Below, one piece after another: positions 38,181 through 50,175 of a DNA stretch of 64,000 nucleotides (its first letter is position 1; each line of letters opens with the position of its first letter). Location: assembly GCF_006345805.1 (NCBI RefSeq), contig NC_043016.1:15748001-15812000 (forward strand), in the 5' to 3' direction. The stretch is from Octopus sinensis (taxonomy: Eukaryota). The notes beneath the pieces were generated by a model, which did not search any database, was not told the DNA's origin, and saw only the letters and a list, made by a program, of their open reading frames with translations. The position numbers and the translations under genes are program-made.

Positions 38181-38330
38181 GTATATATATATATGTATAT
38201 ATATATGTATATATATATGTATATATATATGTGTATATATATATATGTGTGTGTATATATATATGTGTGTGTGTGTATATATATATATGTATGTATATAT
38301 ATATATATATAATATATATATATATATTTC
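37101..38330. repeat. Compound (TA)n/(TATG)n microsatellite containing SINE copies at 37405-37630 and 37945-38030
   Basis: directly visible dinucleotide tracts and duplicated SINE sequence. Confidence 0.95.
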
Positions 38331-38570
38331 AGTCTAATCAACATTTTGGAGAGGGTTAATAAATATATTGAATCCAAACAAAGAAGAACAAACAAGAATA
38401 AACAATAACACGAGGACATGGTACAAGTCCTGTTATTATCAACGCTCAGGAAAGGAAGGAAAGAGGATTGAACATTTCGAGCCTTGCTCTTCTTCAGAAA
38501 TAGAAGTAAGTCCAAAAGAAGGGAAGATGGAGGAAGAAAATCACCAACAATACACATACGATTACATTTT
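38330..38570 (-). mobile_element. Penelope-like terminal repeat remnant with hammerhead-like core
   Basis: minus strand tttCTGAAGAagagcaaggctcGAAAtgttc next to a (TA)n tract. Confidence 0.5.
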
Positions 38571-39724
38571 GAAAATAATATATATTGGTACACAATAGTG
38601 GTTTGATCAAGTAAAATATCCTGTTAAAATTTACGTTATAAAAGGATTTGATAGGGATTTTGATTTAAATCAGAGCATTTCATGTGGTTGGTCTCAGGCA
38701 GATTGATATCAAAAAGGTGAATGTCCATTTTCCCATGCAGATATAGGTTGGAGATTCTGCTAATCAGTGTATTCATTTATTCACTTAATCCTTCATAATC
38801 TCATGTCTTGTTGGTTGTTAGTTACTTATATCGTAAGTTAATTGTAAGATATTGAAGAAAATCTAAGAGTTCAAAGTAATAAGTATTGAATTTCATTCAT
38901 CATCATCATCATCATCATTTAATGTTTGTTTTCCATGTTGTCCTGGGTTGGACGGTTTAGCAGGAGCTGGCAAGCCAGGGAGCTGTATCAAGCTCCAAAT
39001 GTCTGTTTTGACTTGATTTCTACAGCTGGATGCCTTTCTGAATGCCAACCACTTTACAGGGTGTGCGACATGTTTTTTTTTGGGGGGGGGGGTTACGTGG
39101 CACAATTACCAGTGATTATAATATGGAACCAGCACAGGTTGATAATATTAAAGCAAGTAGGATGGAAACATGATACACTGTCGACTTATGTGATTTGGGA
39201 GAGAAAATAATTGATTGTGACGTTAATAGAGGGTCTTATAAGAGGGAATTGGAAAATATCTGTGGTAGTAGTAAAGCAATTAAGACTCGAGAAAAATAGA
39301 TGAGATGAGGAAACGAGATGGCACAGCATCAAGATGAAATAAGAGAAAAAAATTTAGAAAAATAATAATGATGACTTTAACAACAACAACAACAATCTCG
39401 TTTTACCCTCTACCTAGGCTCCAGAATGAAAAAGTAAATAGTTGCATATAGAGCTTGATTGCAGGCAGATTAATGGGCAGAATTCTCTGCATCTTCTTTT
39501 TCTATGTGTTCTTCATTATTGCTTGACTGGGAATCCAACAGAGATGCCATTTAACTTATTCTTGCTATAACAGGAACACAGTGTGTGTCGGGGTTAAGAT
39601 TACTTGGATGCTAACCTAGATAATGACTAAGATCGTAATGTTTCTGTTTTTAATTAGTAAATATTGTTTTCAAAACTACTAAAGAATATCCCCCTCTGCC
39701 ACCACCACCACCCTTAATTTAATA

Positions 39725-40170
39725 TTGGTTTCAAATTTTGGCACAAGGCCAGCAGATTCTGAAGCAGTGGCTAATTTAGTTATATTGACCCCCAGTACTC
39801 AACTGGTACTTATTTTATCAACCCTGAAAGGACGAAAGGCAAAGACGACCTCAGAACTTGAAGATGGATGAAATGCTGCCAAGCATTTTGCCTGGTATGC
39901 TAACCATTCTGCCACCTTGCTATTCTTCATCATCATTATCATCGTTTAACGTCTGCTTTCCATGCTGGCACAAGTTGGACAGTTTGATTTAGAACTGGCA
40001 AGCTAGGAAGCTGCACCAAGCTCCAGTCTGATCTGGCAGTGTTTCTACAGCTGGATGCCCTTCCTGACACCAACCACTCTGAGAGTGTAGTGGGTGCTTT
40101 TTATGTGCCACCAGCACAGGAGCCAGTCAGGTGGCACTGGCAATGACCACACTCGAATGGTGCTTTTTAC
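39725..40170 (-). mobile_element. Degenerate Meta-like SINE (39725-39920) plus RTE-type 3' end (39928-40170)
   Basis: tatcaaccctgaaaggacgaaaggcaaag; (cat)n cgtttaacgtctgctttccatgc. Confidence 0.75.
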
Positions 40171-40240
40171 ATGCTAAAATTCAAATATATATTGCTGTGT
40201 AGCAGTTATTGATGTTATTGTAATGAATTCTTTATTTCAG

Positions 40241-40304
40241 GACATAACTGTTGGTGTTGTGAAAACCTTAAAAGACATAACATTGTATTTGGCCATTGAA
40301 CTCA
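40241..40304 (+). CDS. CDAN1: Codanin-1 exon 23
   Basis: tttcag acceptor; DITVGVVKTLKDITLYLAIEL; donor A|GTAAGT; phase fits next exon. Confidence 0.8.
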
Positions 40305-40534
40305 GTAAGTATTCAGCCCTAGTTTTTGTAATTAATTACAACTCTTTTTCAACATCCTTTTCTGGCATTATGAAGTCATTGAATTATTTACCTCTGTAAA
40401 GTTGCATGGATAAAATTAATTTTGATAACCCTGTCGTGTGTGCATGTGTCTTTTTTTGTTTAAGTTTAGCATGTTTATAATATTTCATCTGCAAAAAAAA
40501 AAAATTTTAATTAAAATAAAATGTATTTTGTCAA

Positions 40535-40828
40535 TCATCATCATCATCATCATCGTTTAACGTCCGCTTTCCATGCTAGCATGGGTTGGACGGTTCAACT
40601 GGGGTCTGGCAAGCCCGAAGGCTGCACCAGGCCAGTCAGATCTGGCAGTGTTTCTACAGCTGGATGCCCTTCCTAACGCCAACCACTCCGAGAGTGTAGT
40701 GGGTGATTTTATGTGCCACCGACACAGGTGCCAGACAAGGCTGGCAGACGGCCACACTCGGATGGTGTTTTTATGTGCCACCGACACAGGTGCCAGACGA
40801 GGCTGGCAGACGGCCACGCTCGGATGGT
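40535..40828 (-). mobile_element. Young RTE-type retroposon 3' end with duplicated 61-bp unit
   Basis: (cat)n tail; atgtgccaccgacacaggtgccagac.aggctggcagacggccac.ctcggatggtgt occurs twice. Confidence 0.85.
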
Positions 40829-42147
40829 GTATATTTTTAATAATAAATTAAAATATCTGGCAACTAAGAGAATCTTAAATGTAGCATTTATAAACCCCTA
40901 AAATAATTCTCAATTTAAACAAGGTATAAAAAATGTCTATCCATAATAAAGTGTTTTGTTTGATTGATCTATTTCCAATGGTTTGTCATTTGCTCATTCA
41001 CTGATTGGGTTGAAACAGAACTATGAAACAAACAAAAAAGCAACAACACACAATTGCTTATCCAATCTTTCTGTTTACATCCGTAAGCTGTCCACTTCAA
41101 CAAGGACTCTTACTATTCCCTCTTCTCACGATTATTCGGGTGCAGCAACCAATTTGAAAATTTATAATAGCATATCTATGAGAAATTATTATAAAACATT
41201 ATTTTTTAGTCATCAATAATTCCTGCACACACCCCTGCTTCTGCCTCCACCCCAACCCCATTTTATCTTTTAAAAATAATAAAATTCTTGCATCTTGTGA
41301 TGCTTGGACTCTTCATTTTACTCTCCAGTTTGGAATTTTAAAAAATAACTTCTGTCTAGAAGTTTCTGTGTAACAACCAAATAGAGAAAGAACTTAATCA
41401 GTCTATTACAATATGCACTTCTTGCATATACATTATTTCACTGATTGCAAATGTCCTAATTGGTGGTTGTGTTCAACTCTCTCCAAGAAGAGACATATGG
41501 TGACCATATGGAACTCAGTGCAAAGCAATACGCTTGAAAGCAGTTCGTTCTCCGCCAGTCATAAATTGTCGAAAATTTGGGGTTTCATATGTAATTTTTA
41601 TTCTACAGCAATTTTAAATATGTAGTTGTGTGGTCAAGAAGCTTTCAACCCAACCACATGGGCAAGAGGCTTCTACTGTGGTGCTTGGTTGACCAAAGCA
41701 TTGCAAATGGATTTGGTAAATGGAAACTGAAAGAAGCTCATCATCATGCATGTGTCTGTTTCTTGTTTGGACAGTGAGTGATAATTGTAAAACGAGTGTC
41801 ACTATCAAAGAAGCAGTCTCATCCATTTCCTATATTTTGTTAGAATATATCCGGCCCTGAGGAAGTATTCTCTTGCTCAGAAACAGATGAAGGTTAGTGA
41901 CAGGATAATCTGCCTCAATAAGCTCCATCCAAGTTTTGCAAGTATTGAAAAGTAGATGTTAGATGACGGTGGCAGTGGTGGCAGTGGTGGCCGCAGTGGT
42001 GATGTTTTTTATTGTTTTTTGTTTTTTTCAGTATAGGAATACATCTCAAATGTATAAACACTTTCACTTGATAAATTAATTTGTGATATTCATTTGTTAT
42101 TACTATTTTGGTTACTATTATATATATATGTTTGTGTATATTTGTAG

Positions 42148-42290
42148 TTATTAACTATCCTGTAGACTGGGGTGAAGTAAAGAAACTGTTCTTCGATTTT
42201 TGGAACAATCACCTTCGAGATAAGAATTCAGAGTTTGCACTTGATTATGGTAAATTAGAAAGGTTGTTGTACAAATCTCCTAAAAAACAG
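42148..42290 (+). CDS. CDAN1: Codanin-1 exon 24
   Basis: ttgtag acceptor; IINYPVDWGEVKKLFFDFWNNHL...LLYKSPKKQ; donor CAG|GTAACT. Confidence 0.8.
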
Positions 42291-43329
42291 GTAACTTTTT
42301 TTGGAAAATACTTTATTTCTATTGTAAATTGTTTTTGAGATCTTAGTAATTTTACAACTTATTTAGTTAGTCTATAATCTACACTTAAATAAATTCCTTG
42401 TATTACTGTCATAGATTAGAAGATGAGTTCCTATCATCACCAGGTCCAGTCTGTGATAATTGATTGTAATTGTGTGTTATTTAATTTACTTCAGAAATGC
42501 ACAACTCTCTTCTATTCATATTTTAATTTCCACTCCTTTAACAAGTAATCAACTAATTGGGTTTAATTAGATTTAATATGCAAACAGATGTGAGAGCAAT
42601 TTGGTTGTGTAATACTCCAGATTGAATAATTGAGGCGATGATGATGATGTCTTCAATTCAAATCCTTACAAAGCTCTAATTCTTTCCCATATGTATGACA
42701 TAAGTTGTTTTTGCTGTTGCGTATTATTGGTCAGTGCTGATCAGAATACACTGATCTACAGTTCTGGATATGTCACACTTTCAAGTTGAGAACCAACCAG
42801 CATGTTCTTTTGACCTGCAGGGATGTGTACTTCAGTACACATCCCTACATGTAACTCTGGACTTAGTGGTAAAGATTGTGTTCTTTGGATACTGTATCAA
42901 CAGTAAGCAGAGCAAATGAAAGCATCAGAGTATGTTAAGTTTTTGACTACATCCCCCCCACCCCCCGCCCCCTGGGCACACACACTCACACCACGATGAC
43001 CACCACCAGCTTCTTCTTTGACTATTTCTGTACCATATATGTCAATTGGACATCAACTGACTAGATATACAGAAGTACACAATTTGCAGAACTACACAAA
43101 TTAAAGTGCTTTTAAGGAATCTTAAATACAAATGGGAATATTTTTCAATAAGAGAAAAACAATGAACTCAGTGCTAATGTTACAACATATTGTTGAAATT
43201 TTCCTTTCATTGGGTAAATTAATTCAACATAGCTTATGTAGGGACGGCTGCAGTATGACAAATGAATCTAGAACAAAGCTAGTTTGAGTAGAATCACTCA
43301 TTTTAGAGTCCTTTTACTTATTTTTTTAA

Positions 43330-43611
43330 CCCTTTGGGGACAGTGTTTTGGTATGTGTAGCCAAAAAAGCCAAAATGTTTTTTCTACTGTTGAGATTGAA
43401 ATTGATGGATGCATGTGGAAAGCAAAGGATAAAGTGCTTGAAACTACTTTATTAGTATGAGTAACTATATATATTATATATTCTGAAAGACAATCACTGA
43501 TTGGCTATTACATTTCAAGACGTTTGTTTCATCAGGCCAATGGATCGGCCTCAAAGTCTTTTCAGTTTGTATCACTTGGACCGATTAATCAGCCTGGGTG
43601 TCCCAAGAGGG
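43330..43611. mobile_element. piggyBac-type MITE family C
   Basis: TTAA 43326-43329 ccctttggggaca ... tgtcccaagaggg TTAA 43612-43615 (11/13 TIR match). Confidence 0.75.
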
Positions 43612-44013
43612 TTAATGACTTCAGCTAACAGAAGGATAGTGTTCAAACGTCATATATATATAGGTGCAGGAGTAGTTGTTTGGTAAGTAACTTGCTTACC
43701 AACCACATGGTTCTGGGTTTAGTCCCACTGTGTGGCACCTTAAGCAAGTGTCTTCTGCTACACCCTTAGGCTGATCAAAACCTTGTGAATGGATTTGGTA
43801 AACGGAAACTGAAAGAAGCCTGTTGTATATATATTTGTGTCTGTGTTTGTCATCCCACCATTGGCTGCAGTCAATTGACTGAAACAAATAAAAGAATAAA
43901 TTAGACAATGCTTCAGAAAAACTATATTAATTTAATATATACATTTAGTTTATTGTTCATAAATCTTATTCTTCCTATTTTAAAGTATTTTAATTTCCTT
44001 TTTAAATTTATAG

Positions 44014-44094
44014 TTATCTCAGTTTCATCTTGAAAACCTGAGTGCAGCAATACTGGGACTCCCTGTCAACTCGTGTATTGTTGATGAGTTATGA
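44014..44094 (+). CDS. CDAN1: Codanin-1 probable last coding exon (stop TGA 44092-44094)
   Basis: tttatag acceptor; LSQFHLENLSAAILGLPVNSCIVDEL*; followed 1 nt later by a GT donor-like site (G|GTTTGT). Confidence 0.6.
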   Translation, partial: LSQFHLENLSAAILGLPVNSCIVDEL

Positions 44095-44473
44095 GGTTTG
44101 TAAATTTCCTTCTTGCTTTTATATTCCTTTATAGTTCCAATGATTGCAGTCATATTCAGTCCTCACAGATCATTTAGATTCACTTTGTTCAGGAGAAGTT
44201 TGAAAATATTACTGCCGAGACGACAGTGTCATGCTTTTATCAATTGTCTTTTAGGTGTCTGTGCAGTTGTGAGGTGATACAGATGCCCTCCTGACCCAGT
44301 GAAACATGCAAGATTTGATAACTATAAGCAGAGAGGGTTACAGTTGTACTCATTTCCAGCTGAGTAGACTGGAAAATGGCAAAAGAAGTGCTTTGCTCAA
44401 GAACACATGTTGTCAGGCCCAGGAACTGAAATGCATGATCTTAACCTCTAGGCCACATGAAAGCATGCACACA

Positions 44474-45110
44474 TCATTATTTAACATCCACTTTCCATGC
44501 TGGCATGGGTTGCACAGTTTGACAAAAGCTGGCTAGACAGAAGACTGCACAAAGCTTCTGTGTCTGTTCTGGCAGGGTTTCTACAGCTGGATGCCCTTCC
44601 TAACACCAACCACACAGCAGAGTGGACTTAGTGCTTCTTAGATGGCACCAGCACAGGTAAGGTTTTTACAGCTGGTTGCCCTTCCAAATGCCAACCACTT
44701 GGCAGGGTGGACTGGATGCTTTTTACGTGGCACCAGCACTGGTAGGGTCACCAAGTAACTTGCAAGACAAAGATCCTTTTAGAGGGGAGGGGGCGTTGGA
44801 AAAGGTGATCTTGTGCTAGATAATAAACGGTTAGAGTGTGACACAGGGACAGAAACAGGTGTCTTGCTATTGAGGAAGTACATGAGAGAGAGAGAGAGAG
44901 AGTGAGTGGTCAATAATGAGGACAGAAATAGGTGAGTTGTTGTAGAGGAGATACTTGGTTCACCAGTCAGAGGGGGGGAGAGAGAGAGAGAGAGAGAGTA
45001 GAAGTGCAGTGAGTGGAGGTGAGAGATGGTAGCAAAATGCCAGGGCATACTCACAAGGTACAGGGATCAGAATACAAGTGGGATGGTAGAATAGAGCAAA
45101 AGAACAGATG
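44474..45110 (-). mobile_element. RTE-type LINE 3'UTR
   Basis: family tail at 44474; 44740-45110 is an inverted homologue of 3800-4130. Confidence 0.75.
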
Positions 45111-46113
45111 TAAATGCTAAGTTTCTGTCTATCAAAATTCATTCATAAGGTGTTGACCAGGCAAAGCTATAGATGAAAGATTTGCTCAGGGCACCATACT
45201 GTGGTATTGAACCAGAAACCATCTTTCAAGGTGAATTTCTTTTCCACAAAGCCATTCCTGTGTAAAATTTTCCAAAGAGAACTTTTAATATTTGGTTGAC
45301 ACCATGTTTGTATGCATACATACACATTTGTGTATAACCAAGTGGGTGCATATATATATATGTATGTGTTGAAGGCTTAAACCCAGGAAAACATGGGGTG
45401 GAGTGGTGAGAAAGGATCTTTGGATGCTGGGCTTCACTGACAAAATGAGAAGCAACCAGTAAAATCTCTGTCATCCATACATAAAGCTTTGTCCTTTACA
45501 GATGCCAGTGCAACATAAAATGCACTCGTGCTGCATAAATGCACCCATTCTAGTACCATGTAAAAACCATCCAAAACACTCTGTTAAGTGGTTGGCATTA
45601 GGAAGGGCATCAAACTGTAGAAACCATGCAACAACAGACAATTGGTGTTGAGCCAGCTCTTGTCAAACTGCCCAACCCATGCTAGCATGGAAAACAGACA
45701 TTAAACAATGATGATGATACATATATATATATAATTGTGTGTGAAATCTTATTTACCATTGAACAGTTGGTTACAAATGCTTCCATTATCAGATTAGCTG
45801 TTTTCTCTTAAATTATAACTCAAAATTTTTTTCAGGCAAAGCTAGAAACATTTTCTTACATAGTCTTAAATCATAAGCTCTCTGGTGTGTTATTTAATTT
45901 TCCTTGTGTGTGTGTGTGTGTGTGCGCGTGCGCGCGTGCCTGTTTGTTGATTTTTTTGTTTTGTTTTGTGTATGTATGAATGTAAACAGGTTTGGATGTG
46001 TATCTTGTAATTATTTGCATGAACAAAAATTAAAACAAAATGTTCTGCCAATTATGTAAATTTGATACGTTAAATTCAGTTTTAAAATTTTGATGTTTTA
46101 TTTTGTTTTGTAG

Positions 46114-46167
46114 GAACCTGTTTTGAAAAGTGTAAATACCAGATATGATTTTGATGAAGATTGTTAA
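46114..46167 (+). CDS. CDAN1: Candidate alternative terminal exon / 3'UTR exon of CDAN1 (EPVLKSVNTRYDFDEDC*)
   Basis: Strong T-rich acceptor ttttattttgttttgtag ending 46113; phase-0 frame open for 17 codons; followed by several hundred bp of repeat-free AT-rich UTR-like sequence. Confidence 0.5.
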   Translation, partial: EPVLKSVNTRYDFDEDC

Positions 46168-47129
46168 TGAAATGGCTCTGCAAAATTAAATTGCAGTAAT
46201 TTGGTTCTGTGGTAGAATTTTAACAAAATTTTATTAAATCTAAAAGACTTTTTTTATAGTGGAACTCAAACTTTAAATTGTTCCTTCGGATGAAAAGAAA
46301 TTTTATTTTCTCCTGTTTAGCAGTGTTTATGATTATATTCTATATTTTTATATTTTTCCCCCCAAAAATATCCTATTTTACACAGTGGAATACTCATATA
46401 TAAATGGTTCTCCAAACAAACAAATTGAATGATGGAATAGTTTTATGGAGAAAATTAAATCCGTATTACATGCTAGAATTTGATTAACAAGCCACAAACA
46501 TGTAAAAGACACTTGGAGAATGTATACAAATGGTATACTAAATGAAATATTATATTGTGAACAGTTTCTCTGAAAAAAATTATAATCTGTCAATCAACTC
46601 ATGTTTGAACAAAAAGTGTCTGGAAAAATACAAACAAATGATTTGTTAACATCCTTGTATACATTTCATATAGTTTATAAATTTCTATATTTTTTATGGA
46701 AAATAATAATGTTATTCATAGTTTTTGCTAAAAACATAACCATGGATTGACAAAAGCAAGTTAGAAAATCAGTTACCATAGAAACTATGTAGGAAATAAT
46801 GTGTAAGCACGAAAAGGAAACAAGTGTTCATAACTCTAGTTCAACATATAAAAGAGCAAAAATCAACACTCTACACCAGAATTGAGAAACAAGTATAAAT
46901 TGAAAAGTATTCAGGTAGTTATGGGAATAACTGAACTTAGTAATTTATTATAAAATTTATTATGAAATTTATTATAGAGATGGAAATTTTATTTTTGGTG
47001 TAGGTTAAAGAAAAAAAATTGTTTGTAATTGTATAAGGGGAATTGATAATTTGTGCAAAAGCCAAACAGTTGTCTGATGATATTGGAGCAAATTCTTTTG
47101 GTAAAAGTGATACTACAGTGCTGGATTCT

Positions 47130-48400
47130 CTAGCTTCAAAGGGTTAGTCTTCTAGATTCCTAAAAAGAAATGAGTTACATATAATGCTGTGAGAAATGGC
47201 AAGTCTGCAACTGCACACCTTGAGGCAGCACATGAATTCCAATTTATGTTTTTAAAGGTTATTGATAAGAGTAGCTTCATTTCACAGCAAGTGTTTAAGT
47301 GTGACAAAATGTGGCTTTTTTTGGAAAAAAAGATGCATTTTGGAACATATATCATTAAGTAAGAGAGTTCGGTGTGAGCTCACAAACTGATGAAAGATCA
47401 GCTAACTTTATTTCTTTGTGCAAATGCTTCTGGAGACTGCAATGTAGAGCCTGTCTTCATTTACCATTCAGAAACCTCCCAGGCATTCAAAAACATTCAT
47501 AAGAATCATCTTACAGCTTTATGGCAGTCAAACCACAAGGCTTAAGTAACCAGGAATCTTTTCACTGAATTGTTGTCTGATGGAGTTTTGCCTTATTATG
47601 TACAAGTACCTTCGATTAACAATCTTTTTAGCAAAGCCCATTTGGTCATGAATAATGGCCCTGCCCATCCTCTATATTTTTATGGACCAATTGATGAAAA
47701 TTGTAAAAGTGCCTTTCATGCCTCCCAACACAACTTCTCTTGTGTAGCCTATGGACCAGCAGCTCATTTCTTATTTAAAAAAAAAAAAGTCTTTTCAATG
47801 GCTCTCTTTAGAAAATGTTTTGAGGCTAATTCTTGCAGTGATATGACACTGAAACACTTAGAAAGAAAAATATTATTTCAAAATATTATTGATGTAGTAC
47901 TAATGTTTGTTGCAGTTTGGAAGGAAAGAAGCTTCAGTGAATTGCTTATGTGCAACTTGGAAGCCATTGTGGCCTGAAGTTGTGTTTCTAAGAGACTTTG
48001 AGGAAGTGGAAGAAGAGCCTCCTGTGCAAGATATTATCATTCTAGGCAATGCCATAAGTCTTGAGGTGAATACAATGGATATTGAAGAATTGGTAGTGGA
48101 GTACAAGAGTGAATTCACCACTGAGGTGCTGGTACAGCTTCACAAAAAAAGATGTGGAGGCAGTGAAGATTGCACTGTTTTCTGATTAAGATGAGCATGG
48201 AAGAAGGGAGTATATTCCATCCAAGTGTCTTAGGGAGTTATTCTCTTGTTGGAATACAATCTCTAAAAGGTTAAGGAATATCACAATGGTGCTAGGACTG
48301 AACCACTCCAATAACACAGTGACGCCTTACTTTTAGAGGTGCTAGAAATGCAGGTTAAAAATAGTCAACTCTAGATGCCTTCTTACAAAGAGGATAAAAC
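47130..48400 (+). mobile_element. Degenerate Tigger/pogo transposase
   Basis: frameshifted VFKCD..FWKK, MKDQLTLFLCANASGDCNVEPVFIYHSETSQAFKN, WQSNHKA, LVMNNGPAHP (pogo DDE signatures). Confidence 0.8.
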
Positions 48401-48689
48401 AATCTTCAACTACAGTAGAATCATCAATTTCTTCTGAGCCATCTTTTATGCAAGAAACTGTACAAAAGATAGCTAAGATGGACAACTCTTCTGCTTTCAC
48501 CTTTTCTCATTTTTAACCCCCCTTCCGTTTCATCCCTGTATGCTGAGCAATCTGCATACTAAGCTAAGTGTACATCTATTTACCTTTATTTCTGCATATT
48601 TGATTTTCATACGTTCATTCATTCATTTAATATCCATTTTCTATGCTGGGTGGATGCTTCATTAGAAGAAGGATTTTAGAGATAGATGT

Positions 48690-49355
48690 GAGTCCACAGC
48701 TGTAACCTACACCAGTGTCGCATAACCAGCCCACTCAAAAGTACCTTGAATTGTAGAGTGACATGCCGTGCTTGAGGAGACCTATTGAGTCAAGTACATT
48801 AACATCAAATGGAAATTGTGGTTGTGCTACCCATGCCAGTGGCACGTAAAAAGCACCAACTGATCATAGCCAATGCCAGTGCCACCTTGACTGCTTCTGT
48901 ACCGGTAGGAAAGTAAAAAGCACCAACCGATCGTAGTCATTGCCAGCCCCCTCTGCCAGTGGCACGTAAAAAGCACCCACTGCACTCAGAGTGGTCAGTG
49001 TTAGGAAGGGTATCCAGCTGTAGAAACACTGCCAGATCAGACTGGAGCCTGGTGCAGCCTTCTGGCTTGCCAGCATAGAAAACGGATGTTAAACGATGAT
49101 GATGATGATACTGTTTCACCACATACCACATATAATTTCATATAGTCTCCAGCAGATAACCACCAGTACTGGTGGCAAGTAAAAATACACCTACTCTGTA
49201 AGGTGGTTGGTGTTAGGAAGAGCATCCAGCCATAGATATCATGCCAAAGTAGATACTAGAGTTTGACAAAGTTCTGTGGCTTGTCAGATCCTGCCAAACC
49301 ATCCAACTCATGCCAGTAAGGAAAACAGATGCTAAATGATGAGGATGATGATGAC
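48690..49355 (+). mobile_element. Two tandem RTE-type 3' ends with (GAT)n tails
   Basis: tails at about 49096-49109 and 49337-49353; repeated gccagtggcacgtaaaaagcacc units. Confidence 0.75.
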
Positions 49356-50175
49356 AATTATGCAGTTGCTCTGCAAAAGATAAAAAGTTTTGAGTTTTTT
49401 GTGAAAGCCTGTTCTTTATTTTTTTGTCCTGGAACTATGCTGAACAATGGTTTTCTCTAGTCTTTTATGCAGTTCAACAGTGATATAGCACAAATAATTA
49501 AAAAAAGCTGAGACACATGGGGCAGTTCATGAACATATGGAAGGATGTGATTGGGAACACACTTGTCCTGGGGAAACTCCCTAACAAGAATGAAGAAACT
49601 CTGTTACTAAAGACAAAAATTCTATTCAAAGTTTGTCTGCTGGTATAAGGAATCATGAAACTCCTGACTGAGATACAGGAATGTAGTAAATATAGACTGG
49701 AGATTGATATCCACTGCTGGATTACTGCAGCTGTTGAGAGAAACCAGTAGATGAGATTGATGTGATATTACAATTCAGGGGGGGGGGAGTGAGAAGCATG
49801 ATGATGTTGAGATTGAAGGCTGGATGCCAAAATGAAGTGGTTCCAACCTTATTCATTATACGTTCGTGCCAGCACTGTCTTCTCTCTTGCACACTACATC
49901 TGATTCCTTTTATAATCAGTTCTTCTCTCAACACATTCGTACTTTGTTGTACATGTACAGTGACATTACACAACCAGCGGACATGCTAGCTTAATTTCTT
50001 TTCTAGTTTTTGTATGTCCGCTACATTTAGGTCTTAGATCTCACACAACCATGTGGCATCATGGTTTGTACACAAGCATCATACAATCTACCTTTCACTC
50101 TGAGAGAGAGAAATCTTTTCTTACCAGCAATGGTTAATAGTTCTTTGAACATTCTCTTGCCTATATATATATATA

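Noticed and set aside
37016-38593. Many YI-rich ORFs up to 256 aa
   Set aside because: Artefacts of (TA)n/(TATG)n tracts
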